From Oligoflexales bacterium (GTDB lineage Bacteria > Bdellovibrionota_B > Oligoflexia > Oligoflexales > Bog-1112), in the NCBI GenBank assembly GCA_045105515.1, contig JBGCDR010000156.1, forward strand, positions 32,001 through 96,000: DNA of 64,000 bases, read 5' to 3'. The notes beneath the pieces were generated by a model. It worked only from the letters and a program-made list of their open reading frames with translations. It had not been told where the DNA came from and did no database searches. Positions 40,297 to 49,161 of the stretch are shown in pieces. The position numbers and the translations under genes are program-made. Numbering within the stretch: the stretch's first letter is position 1; every line of letters begins with the position of its first letter.

Positions 40297-40830
40297 GTGA
40301 GTGAAGAAATTCGACTAGTTTGGATGGATCTTGAAATGACAGGCCTTATTCCTGAAAGAGATCAGATACTGGAAATCGCTACAATCATAACTAATATTGA
40401 CCTTAAGACGATAGCCAGCGGCCCAGAACTGGTCATTCACCAAAATAATGAAGTGTTAGATGCCATGGATGAATGGAATCAAAACCACCACAAGAAATCA
40501 GGGCTGATTAGCAGGGTCCAGCATTCTAAAATGACTTTAAAAGAAGCTGAAACTACAACACTTGAATTTATCAAGGCACACGTAGAAGAAAATAAAGGTA
40601 TCCTTGCAGGAAATTCAATTTGGCAAGATCGTAGGTTTATCATTCAGCATATGCCAGACATTGATAATTACCTTCACTATCGCTTGGTGGATGTAAGTGC
40701 CATAAAAACATTGGTCAATTCATGGTATCAATTAGCCCCCTTTCAGAAAAAAGAAGCCCATCGTGCCAAATCAGATATAGAAGAAAGTATTCAGGAATTA
40801 AAATTCTACAGAGAAAAATGCTTTAAATAA
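40297..40830 (+). CDS. orn: Oligoribonuclease
   Basis: WMDLEMTGL, LAGNS, HYRLVDVS, HRA..DI.ESI.EL; GTG start after AGGAG. Confidence 0.96.
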   Translation: MSEEIRLVWMDLEMTGLIPERDQILEIATIITNIDLKTIASGPELVIHQNNEVLDAMDEWNQNHHKKSGLISRVQHSKMTLKEAETTTLEFIKAHVEENKGILAGNSIWQDRRFIIQHMPDIDNYLHYRLVDVSAIKTLVNSWYQLAPFQKKEAHRAKSDIEESIQELKFYREKCFK

Positions 40831-40868
40831 AAAGACATAATTCCATGGCTAAAGCATCAAATTTGCTA

Positions 40869-41714
40869 TTAATTGAAAATATTAAGCTTTTTTTGGTAAA
40901 ACTTAGGAAGCTCAAAGCAAGCATGAATCATAGAGTGGCTCAAATAGTTTAACTCTGGTTCTACCTTGGCAAAACGCTCAAAATTAAACTGGTCAGTCTC
41001 AATCGGACTATGGGATCCCAATGTCCACGACCATAAACCTCTAGGATAAGTAGGTACAGAGGCTATATAGGGCTTCACATATTCAAAGCCAGATCGAATA
41101 TTTCGGTGAATTCGGTTTAAAAAATCTGCTTCAGCCCAAGGAGATTCTGATTGCGCAACCATCAAACCATCGGGCTTTAAAGATTTAGCAACTGACCGGT
41201 AAAACTCTCCTGTGAAAAGCCCTTCTCCAGGCCCTACTGGATCGGTAGAGTCGATAATCATTAAATCAACTTGGTTTTCAAGCTCTTTTACGAATTCTAT
41301 CCCATCACATACTTTAACTTTTACTTTGGGGTGCTCAAGTCTTCCTGCTACTGCTGGGAAAAACTTCTTACAGACGTCGACGACCATACCATCGATCTCG
41401 CAGAGAATGACTTCCTTAACACATTCATGCTTTACCAGCTCTCTTACCGTTCCTCCGTCTCCCCCTCCGATGACTACTACTTTTTCAGGATTTTTATGAA
41501 AACAGGCAGGTATATGAGAGATCAGCTCATGGTATACAAACTCATCTGACTCTGTAAGCATAACAAAGTCATCTAATATCAACATCTTTCCGTATGCTAA
41601 GGTGTTAATCACTTTGATATCTTGAAACTTAGATTGATCTTCAAAAAGTTTCTCTTGAAAAGCATAGCCATACTCGATTTCACCATTCTCTACTTCTTTA
41701 AACCAATTTGTCAT
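40869..41714 (-). CDS. speE: Spermidine synthase
   Basis: DEFVYHE, IGGGDGG, DSTDP.GP, VPTYP. Confidence 0.95.
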   Translation of the reverse strand: MTNWFKEVENGEIEYGYAFQEKLFEDQSKFQDIKVINTLAYGKMLILDDFVMLTESDEFVYHELISHIPACFHKNPEKVVVIGGGDGGTVRELVKHECVKEVILCEIDGMVVDVCKKFFPAVAGRLEHPKVKVKVCDGIEFVKELENQVDLMIIDSTDPVGPGEGLFTGEFYRSVAKSLKPDGLMVAQSESPWAEADFLNRIHRNIRSGFEYVKPYIASVPTYPRGLWSWTLGSHSPIETDQFNFERFAKVEPELNYLSHSMIHACFELPKFYQKKLNIFN

Positions 41715-41746
41715 CCTAAAACTCGATCCTCTCAATTTCTACTATG

Positions 41747-42301
41747 CTAGGTATTATTTTTTTTTTCTTGGTTTCTTACATATTCTAAAAAATTAGCGCT
41801 ATCTTCTAGAATATGCTGATAGTTTCCTCGTCTGTTTTGGCCGCTATTATTATTTGAGTTACTATAATTAGAATTATTATGGTTGGAAGATCGACCTCTA
41901 TTATAGCCATTTTGAGATCCGTTCCTATAGGATTGCTTATGCCCAGACCGGTTACCACCCTGATTATAATTTCCCCCATTTGAGCTTTGCCTCATGGTGG
42001 ATTTCCTTTCCATAATTTCCCAGGCTCTCAAAACTAGACCTTCTGCAAGCAATTCGCTAGCCAAGTCTTGAGGACTAACACCTTCTACTGAAGCTTTACT
42101 TTTGAGTTTCTTATACAAGGCTTTAGAAAGACTTATTGTAAGAGTATTTTCTTCTTTTTGCTGGTGCTTAAGACCAGTACTTTCTGGTTTTTGTTCCCTA
42201 ACCTGACTCATAGACTCTTGATTAGAAGACTCAGGTGAAGACTGTGCCTTTTGGCTTTCATCTATATTTTCGCTTAAATCTACCTTGTTTTCCTTGTCCA
42301 T
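41747..42301 (-). CDS. RHH-like DNA-binding protein with N/G/S/Q/R/Y low-complexity region
   Basis: TLTISLSKALYKKLKSKASVEGVSPQDLASELLAEGL, then an Asn/Gly-rich tract; GAGGTG RBS. Confidence 0.7.
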   Translation of the reverse strand: MDKENKVDLSENIDESQKAQSSPESSNQESMSQVREQKPESTGLKHQQKEENTLTISLSKALYKKLKSKASVEGVSPQDLASELLAEGLVLRAWEIMERKSTMRQSSNGGNYNQGGNRSGHKQSYRNGSQNGYNRGRSSNHNNSNYSNSNNNSGQNRRGNYQHILEDSANFLEYVRNQEKKNNT

Positions 42302-42884
42302 GAAATCACCTCATAAAAAAAAGACATAAGATATTTAATTAATTAGAGAAATCAATAATTTTGCCGAGTGTCATGCTAAAACACCTAGGGCATTAATATT
42401 TTGGTCAACAGCGTGTTGGTACGGGCATACATACCGAGGCCAGTAAATGACTGAAAAACCTTCCCGCAATTCCTAGGTATCAATAAATTTGTTGAAAATT
42501 AAAACTTTACAGTCGCCTATCTCTGCGAGAGTCTTCATCCCGGCTCGACCATAGAATACTTGTATCCGCTTGCGGCTGCAAAATGTCTTTCTAATGCAAA
42601 AAATTTCCGCTTTCAGAAGATCTAAAATCACTAGGAGTACTTGTCTGTCACTCTAGTATAAATGCTTTGAAAACCTAAACAACTCATTCTTTACATTTAA
42701 TTTCTCTTTAGCGCATCATCCCTAAAAGACAGGGAATTTCTTAGGCGGCTTAGCTTCCTATTCAAGGACCCTTATTAGGTATCATTCCTCTTAATATTTT
42801 AGCAAGACATTTATGCTGATTTTTATCCAAACTACAGAGGATTAGAACCCGATAACAGCTGGTATCAAATTAGCTGCAATAGTA

Positions 42885-42912
42885 TTATCGGCTTCTTACA
42901 AGTTTTCATTAG
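42885..42912 (-). promoter_or_regulatory. sigma28/FliA-like promoter
   Basis: CTAAT-N15-GCCGATAA with a perfect -10, about 580 nt upstream of the RHH gene. Confidence 0.5.
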
Positions 42913-43007
42913 TTTTTTTATCCATTAGACTGAAAAACCACCACTTAGAGAATGACCTTAAGGTTGGATCCCCTATTAAATCTTAAACGAACTGTCAAGA
43001 GATTACC

Positions 43008-43949
43008 ATGTTTGAGTTTATAATGAAACGCATCTTATCAGCAATTCCTGTGAGCCTTGGTGTAATCATCCTTGTCTCTTTGATGATCCACTTGATCCCA
43101 GGGGACCCTATTGATGTCCTACTCGGAGACTTTGCTACCACTGAAGAAAAGATACTTATGCAAAAAGCTCTTGGTCTTGACTTACCGTGGTGGCGACAAT
43201 GTAGCAGATACATTAAAGGGGCTCTTAGCGGCGATTTACAGTATTCACTCATTTACCATGAGTCCGTCATTTCTCTTATCGGAGAACGGGTTCTTCCGAC
43301 GTTAGAACTTGCAGTCTTTTCAGTTCTAATTGCCATTATCCTTAGTATCCCCCTTGGGATTATAGCGGCAATTAGAAAAGGACATGCTTTTGATATGATT
43401 AGTATGACTTTAGCTCTCATAGCTGTAGCCATGCCTAACTTTTGGTTAGGCCCTATGCTTATATTATTGTTCTCTTTAAAATGGGGGCTATTACCTGTTT
43501 CTGAAAACATCGGTTTTACTAGTTTCATTCTTCCCAGCATTACCATCGGCACTTCATTGGCAGCTATTCTTGCTCGCATGACTAGAAACTCTATGTTGGA
43601 AGTACTTAAAGAAGACTACATTCGCACAGCAAGAAGCAAAGGCCTTAGCGAAAAATTGATTATTATGAAACATGCACTCCGAAATGCCTCACTCCCACTA
43701 AGCTCCGTCTTGGGTCTTCAACTAGGAGCACTATTGACTGGGTCTGTCATAACTGAAAAAGTTTTTGATTGGCCAGGTTTAGGAACTCTTATGATCGAGG
43801 CTTTGGGTAACAGAGACTATCCACTTATTCAAGGCTGTGTTCTAATCTTTTCACTTTCATACCTTTGCATTAATTTACTTACGGACATATTTTATGCTGT
43901 GATCGATCCCCGTATAAAAGTAACAGGTATGGATAATGGAATCTCATAA
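43008..43949 (+). CDS. Peptide/nickel ABC transporter permease (DppB/OppB)
   Basis: PGDP, AMPNFWLG, DYIRTARSKGL, TEKVFDWPGLG. Confidence 0.93.
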   Translation: MFEFIMKRILSAIPVSLGVIILVSLMIHLIPGDPIDVLLGDFATTEEKILMQKALGLDLPWWRQCSRYIKGALSGDLQYSLIYHESVISLIGERVLPTLELAVFSVLIAIILSIPLGIIAAIRKGHAFDMISMTLALIAVAMPNFWLGPMLILLFSLKWGLLPVSENIGFTSFILPSITIGTSLAAILARMTRNSMLEVLKEDYIRTARSKGLSEKLIIMKHALRNASLPLSSVLGLQLGALLTGSVITEKVFDWPGLGTLMIEALGNRDYPLIQGCVLIFSLSYLCINLLTDIFYAVIDPRIKVTGMDNGIS

Positions 43950-44775
43950 TAGACACCGACTCGCCCGAAGACTCATCAATTCGCCAACTTTTATCTTAGG
44001 AATTTTAATTCTTACATGCCTGCTAGTAGCAGCAGTCTTAGGGCCGTTATTGCTTCCATTTGAAGATGAAGTAAGCTTCTCAAAACGTCTAAGCCCACCA
44101 AGCTACCAACACCCTTTTGGTTGTGATCTCTATGGTCGTGACGTCTTGAGTGCATGCTTTCTTGGGGCCCGCACATCTCTCATGGTTTCATTCATTACGG
44201 TTCTAATAACAAGCTTCCTTGGGTCTACATTAGGTCTACTCGCAGCATATTTTCGTGGCCTAATTGATAGGTTTATCTCCGTATGCTTGGATATTGTTAT
44301 GGCCTTCCCTGGGATTCTATTAACCATGACCATTGCATCCATTCTTAAGCCAAGCTTTCTCACTCTAATCATATCTATTTCACTTACAGGTTGGACTGGA
44401 TTTGCCCGTATTGCGAGAGCTCAAGTTCTATCGTTGAGAGAGTTAGAGTATGTTACTGCCAATATTGCTTTGGGTGCCTCTTCTTTGAGGACAATGATAA
44501 ATCATATCTTACCCAATATAATACCGCCAATAGTTATTGCTGCGAGCTTTTCTTTATCAAGTGTCATATTGATTGAAGCAAGCTTGAGCTTCCTCGGCTT
44601 AGGAGTTTTAGGACAAAACCCTAGTTGGGGAAGCTTACTTAACCAGGGTAGAAGTGTTTTAACTGAGGCTCCGCACTTAAGTGTCATTCCAGGACTATTA
44701 ATAATGTTTCTTGTCTTAGCTTTCAATTTTATAGGGGATGCCTTACGAGATGCACTGGACCCTAAGGAAATATAG
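43936..44775 (+). CDS. Peptide/nickel ABC transporter permease (DppC/OppC)
   Basis: HPFGCDLYGRD, EASLSFLGLG, GDALRDALDP. Confidence 0.93.
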   Translation: MESHNRHRLARRLINSPTFILGILILTCLLVAAVLGPLLLPFEDEVSFSKRLSPPSYQHPFGCDLYGRDVLSACFLGARTSLMVSFITVLITSFLGSTLGLLAAYFRGLIDRFISVCLDIVMAFPGILLTMTIASILKPSFLTLIISISLTGWTGFARIARAQVLSLRELEYVTANIALGASSLRTMINHILPNIIPPIVIAASFSLSSVILIEASLSFLGLGVLGQNPSWGSLLNQGRSVLTEAPHLSVIPGLLIMFLVLAFNFIGDALRDALDPKEI

Positions 44776-44835
44776 ATCTGGAAAGACATAAAGGCAGGAG
44801 CGAAAAGAAAACATGATCCCCTAAAGGATCAACGA

Positions 44836-45372
44836 TTACTTTTGTACCATTTCCTTAAGGCCTTTAAGAGCTCTGACCTTAACTACATTGCGAGATGGCT
44901 TAGCCTTAAACACCATTGGCTCCTTTGTAAAAGGATTAATACCCTTACGAGCTTTAGTTGCAGGCTTAGTTACGCGAACAATTTTCATAAGGCCAGGAAA
45001 GTTAAAGACTCCAGGGCCTTTTTTACTTAAGTCAATATTAATTAGCTCGTGGAGGTTCTCAAACACCTGAACAATTTCTTTTTTAGACAATCCACAAGTT
45101 TCAGCTAAAATTCCAAAAATATCACTTTTAGTTCTTGCTTTTTTGACTTTTTGAGCAACCTTTGATATTGGCTGCGTCACTTGAGCTTTAGTTACTTTTT
45201 TAGTTACGACTTTTTTAGTTACGACTTTTTTAGTAGCAGCTTTTTTAGTAGTAGTCTTCTTAGTAGCAGCTTTTTTAGTTACTTTTTTGGCTTTGGCCTT
45301 TGTTTTGGTCTTGCCTCTAGTTGTTGTAGCCTTTGCCTTAGATTTTGTTGCTTTCTTCTTCTTTTTAGCCAT
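44836..45372 (-). CDS. HU-family nucleoid protein with Lys/Ala/Thr-rich N-terminal tail
   Basis: C-terminal HU fold (ARKGINPFTKEPMVFKAKP); N-terminal KKAAT/KKVVT repeats. Confidence 0.9.
   Translation of the reverse strand: MAKKKKKATKSKAKATTTRGKTKTKAKAKKVTKKAATKKTTTKKAATKKVVTKKVVTKKVTKAQVTQPISKVAQKVKKARTKSDIFGILAETCGLSKKEIVQVFENLHELINIDLSKKGPGVFNFPGLMKIVRVTKPATKARKGINPFTKEPMVFKAKPSRNVVKVRALKGLKEMVQK
45187..45288 (-). repeat. 15-nt tandem repeats encoding KK(A/V/T)(A/V/T)T
   Basis: Repeated ttttttagttacgac and ttttttagtagcagc units. Confidence 0.8.
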
Positions 45373-45693
45373 TAACAATACTCCTGCTAGTTGTTCAATA
45401 AGTAAAAATTAGCTCTACCTTAAAAGTAAGATTAGCTCAATAAAAAATCAAGCCTATAAATAAAGCTTTAAACGTTTCAATACTACAGGAGATTTTTTTT
45501 CTACGTCAAGACTCAAAATCTTTAATGGATTTTTAGACTGAATTTTTTGATCTCTCAAGTTTTTTTAAAGGTTCAAAAGCTTCTGATATCATGAATAAAA
45601 AAAATACAAATTGAAAATTTATGTCTTAGTGTTCTTCAGAAACCCATGAGTATTGGCGACAATGGATTTTACTAGCTTAGCATTAAAAACCTG

Positions 45694-47487
45694 TCATGGA
45701 GTACTTAAATTTTGCCATGCAGATGGACGCTCTAACATAAACCGCACTAGTCTATGTTGAATGTGCTGTTCAAATACTTGTGGCTGCATCCTATTTTTAA
45801 TCTCCAAAATAAGCTGCCGCGCTCCTTGATCAAGGGATTCTAGATACAACTTTGTTAGTTTCAAGTAACTCTCTCTTGAGTTTTTTTTCATCCTATTAAG
45901 CACTTCAACGACATCTTCCTTATCTGAACTATGATCTTTCTTCCCTTTGGTTGCAGGCTTTTTTGGGGCTAAAGGAGCGCTTTTCGAATCTTGAACTGCA
46001 TGCTCTGCTGTTTTGGAATTAAGGTTTGATTTAACTTTTTTCACACTTTCCATTTTATTGTTTACCAAATCACTCGATTTTGAATGTTCCCATTTACTAG
46101 ATTTAAGACCCCTTAAACCTAATTTTTCAAGGATTGCAGCGCTCTCTAAGCTTGCAAGACAGGCTCCTGGCACTCTACTAACAGCATCTTTGTATAGATC
46201 TTTTTCTGAAATTTGCTTCTGAAAGCGTCGATAGTGCTCGTTATGCTTTTCTAAATCAACGTTAAGATCAGGCAGGTCATAAAATAACTCCGTGAGACGT
46301 AATTCATCCGGGACTTGGAAGGGATGCTTGCGATCCTTTCTTACGACCCACTCCCAATAAAGTCCCACCAATGGTAAAAGTACATTATTGTCAATGAGCC
46401 AATATTCAGGTGAATCTAAACCTGGATCTTGCTCTAGAAGGGCCTGACTACCTAGTATCTTCTCGTATTGATTCTTATCATTTGCTTCTTTTTGGCTTCT
46501 ATCATCAAGACAGGTAAGGCTATTGTGTATATCGGACAGAAAAGCTTGATCTTTTTTTAGTTTTTCGAACACTGCCTTCGTGAATACTCTAAAATCTTCT
46601 CCTTGAAAGTGATTGGGACTCACTTTCCACAATAGTTGTAAAAGCGGCTCTCTTTCATTAAATGCCAAATAATCTCCCTCAAGAGGTTTACAAACGGAAC
46701 CATGGTCTGCCAGTTTTCTACTTAGGCGGTGGATAATAGACACCATTCTCGTAAGTGATGGGGTCTGATTTTGCTTGTTTTGATCCCGAACACCCTCAAA
46801 AATCTTGGGTACCGACTCTCCAAATACCCCTTCTAGATTTAAACAATTGAAAGACCATTGAACCGCTTTTTCCATTCTCAAAAGCACAAGCTGTTCAATC
46901 CCTTGGGCTTCATGCCAAAGCGATCGCCACAAGACTAGGGGGGCTTCACAGCCCATAATTTGCCTTAATCTCAGCTGTCCCCCCAAACTTCTCTTCACCT
47001 CCTTATATGCACTGATAAATCCAGTAAATGCTTCGGTTGCGAAAGGTTGTAAACCTAGCACCAAATGCATCCCCTCCTCTATTTTTCTCCAAGATTCAAA
47101 AGAAAAAAGAGTCTGGACATCATAACCTGAGGCAGATTTATGGTATAATTTCACACTACCCAATGAAGCCAAAAGCTGTTTTAAATATTTTTTACGACTA
47201 TGAAGGTAAATTCCTGCTTCTTTTTCGATGTTATTTGGGTCTAAATGAATGATTTGCTGGGTGGAGCCTGTTTGCATTAGCTCCCTTTGAACATGAGAAA
47301 TCACCAGAGGAAATAAATAAAGCTCCTGAAGATCAAAAGCTGGCCCTACCCCTAATGCAGGAATTTGCTCCCAGGATTGGACAGCATATTCAGCTTGTAA
47401 CATCGAATCAAAAGCATTAACCCACCAAGCTGGCGCATAAAACCTTGTTTTTAAATACTCTGAGAGTGAGCCTTTATCAAACTGCAC
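45694..47487 (-). CDS. Hypothetical protein; N-terminal half possibly Rep_3-like winged helix
   Basis: 597-aa ORF with GTG start; the domain resemblance is by eye only. Confidence 0.6.
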   Translation of the reverse strand: MQFDKGSLSEYLKTRFYAPAWWVNAFDSMLQAEYAVQSWEQIPALGVGPAFDLQELYLFPLVISHVQRELMQTGSTQQIIHLDPNNIEKEAGIYLHSRKKYLKQLLASLGSVKLYHKSASGYDVQTLFSFESWRKIEEGMHLVLGLQPFATEAFTGFISAYKEVKRSLGGQLRLRQIMGCEAPLVLWRSLWHEAQGIEQLVLLRMEKAVQWSFNCLNLEGVFGESVPKIFEGVRDQNKQNQTPSLTRMVSIIHRLSRKLADHGSVCKPLEGDYLAFNEREPLLQLLWKVSPNHFQGEDFRVFTKAVFEKLKKDQAFLSDIHNSLTCLDDRSQKEANDKNQYEKILGSQALLEQDPGLDSPEYWLIDNNVLLPLVGLYWEWVVRKDRKHPFQVPDELRLTELFYDLPDLNVDLEKHNEHYRRFQKQISEKDLYKDAVSRVPGACLASLESAAILEKLGLRGLKSSKWEHSKSSDLVNNKMESVKKVKSNLNSKTAEHAVQDSKSAPLAPKKPATKGKKDHSSDKEDVVEVLNRMKKNSRESYLKLTKLYLESLDQGARQLILEIKNRMQPQVFEQHIQHRLVRFMLERPSAWQNLSTP

Positions 47488-47574
47488 ATGAAACCTTACT
47501 ATTCATTCCAACCCAACTAAAGATAGGGCTTTAATTACCAACTAGTAAGACTCTTACAAAAGAGTCTGCACACC

Positions 47575-48138
47575 TCAAAGATTTTTCCACAATTCCCTTA
47601 TTTTCTCGATTTTGTGCTTTTTAAGCTCAACAACCAAAGAATTCTTTAGGTCTTGCCATTCTTCAATGCCCAAATACGCTAAACAGTAAACATCTATTGA
47701 ATCCGCTTTACCTGATTCTAGCGATTTCCATTTCCGATAATAAATATCGGCAATCTTAAACTTTGGGTAGCTTATTTTATCTACCTTGTTCACAAGCAAT
47801 TTTTTTAGGTACCTTTGTTGCACATTAGATAATGACTTCCCTTGATCCAAAAGCTTGTTCAAAAGAGTTAAACTCAAAATTCGTGCAAAACTGTGAAAAG
47901 TGTTTAGCTGAGTCTGTTTAATGCCCAAAGGAAGTATGCTAAGGCCATCCCGAGAGAATACAAACTCAACCCTCTCTTCAAGCCAATAAACTTTTTCTTC
48001 TTCAAGGCTTGTCCAGCTAGGTATGGTTGCTTTGTTACTTTCCACCAACTGCATAGTGACCCCTAGCAACACATTTGAAGCCACCAACTGAAACAATAGA
48101 GCTGATAATGCACTAATGAATAGTCCATTTTGAATCAT
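47575..48138 (-). CDS. Hypothetical protein, possibly exported
   Basis: 187 aa; hydrophobic N-terminus; co-oriented with neighbours. Confidence 0.55.
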   Translation of the reverse strand: MIQNGLFISALSALLFQLVASNVLLGVTMQLVESNKATIPSWTSLEEEKVYWLEERVEFVFSRDGLSILPLGIKQTQLNTFHSFARILSLTLLNKLLDQGKSLSNVQQRYLKKLLVNKVDKISYPKFKIADIYYRKWKSLESGKADSIDVYCLAYLGIEEWQDLKNSLVVELKKHKIEKIRELWKNL

Positions 48139-48155
48139 AGAGGATCCTCAATAGT

Positions 48156-48881
48156 TTATAAAATGTGATAGACTAGCCCTAGACCAATCCACCAGTCCTC
48201 TTTTTCAAAATCTGCAGATTCAATTTTGCCTTCTGAATTATCCATCGGATTATAAGCCACGTTACGTTGATGTGCTTCAATTCGAGCTGCAATATTCAGA
48301 CTAAAAAAGTAATCAAACATGATCCCTGTATCTATCCGCGTTAGCATAGTCGCATCAAGAGCTTTTTTCCCTTCTTGATTTCGCTCTTCCATACCATCAA
48401 GCCTTTCAAGATAGGCATCTAATCCAAATAATACTCGGGTTGAAGGAGTGAAATCGTAAACTACACCCACCAACAATCCAGGCAAATGCAATGAATGAGA
48501 AGGTTTAAAATTGGCAGATCTAGTTGACTCATAGTAGTAGCCTACAGATGAACCCAAAAAATATCCGAAACTCTGCCACAATGGGATGTGGTAACTATAT
48601 TGAGCTTTAAAAACAAGCCCCGTCATCGCATATCGCTCTTCTGAAATGCTACCAAAGTCCCTAACTTTCCAAGAACCTTCTGTTCTTCCCATGAACAAGG
48701 CAAAGTTATGGTCTTTACGAAAATCTTGTACATAGCGCTCCCATCGATGAAATTGCGAGCCAAATCCCTCAACTAACTCTTGGCTATAGCAAGGGAATGA
48801 CAGCGGACACAAAACAATAATGCTGGCGAATAAAAAAAAGATACTAAAGCACTTAGACATAGAAAAGATAAAACGTTCCAT
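48156..48881 (-). CDS. Outer-membrane beta-barrel protein
   Basis: Signal peptide, amphipathic beta strands, C-terminal WWIGLGLVYHIL. Confidence 0.7.
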   Translation of the reverse strand: MERFIFSMSKCFSIFFLFASIIVLCPLSFPCYSQELVEGFGSQFHRWERYVQDFRKDHNFALFMGRTEGSWKVRDFGSISEERYAMTGLVFKAQYSYHIPLWQSFGYFLGSSVGYYYESTRSANFKPSHSLHLPGLLVGVVYDFTPSTRVLFGLDAYLERLDGMEERNQEGKKALDATMLTRIDTGIMFDYFFSLNIAARIEAHQRNVAYNPMDNSEGKIESADFEKEDWWIGLGLVYHIL

Positions 48882-49161
48882 CGAACAGCCGTTGCTCCTT
48901 TACAAGCGAATTCTATAACATATACTTACAGCAGGTGAGCCAACTGAGTACTAGAATGCTCACTAGGTACAGTCTTCCAACTAGCTTATCAAGGCAAACG
49001 ATCTTTAGTGAAGCATATGACAGAACTAAAGTTTGGAGTCCTATATCATGATTTATAGCCAGAGCTGATTACAGCGCAAGCTATCGATGATGGCCTTAGG
49101 TGCTGTACGAGCAAACTAACAGCTCAATAATACAAATAATACTAAAGGATATTGATCTATT

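Noticed and set aside
42302..42880. c-di-GMP-I riboswitch, 6S RNA or SRP RNA in the long spacer
   Set aside because: No GCAAAC...GAAA...GACGCAAA, 6S rod or SRP loop consensus found by eye
45373..45693. Iteron-containing origin next to the Rep-like gene
   Set aside because: AT-rich but no direct repeats visible; better explained as the HU promoter region (TTGACG-N18-TAGTAT)
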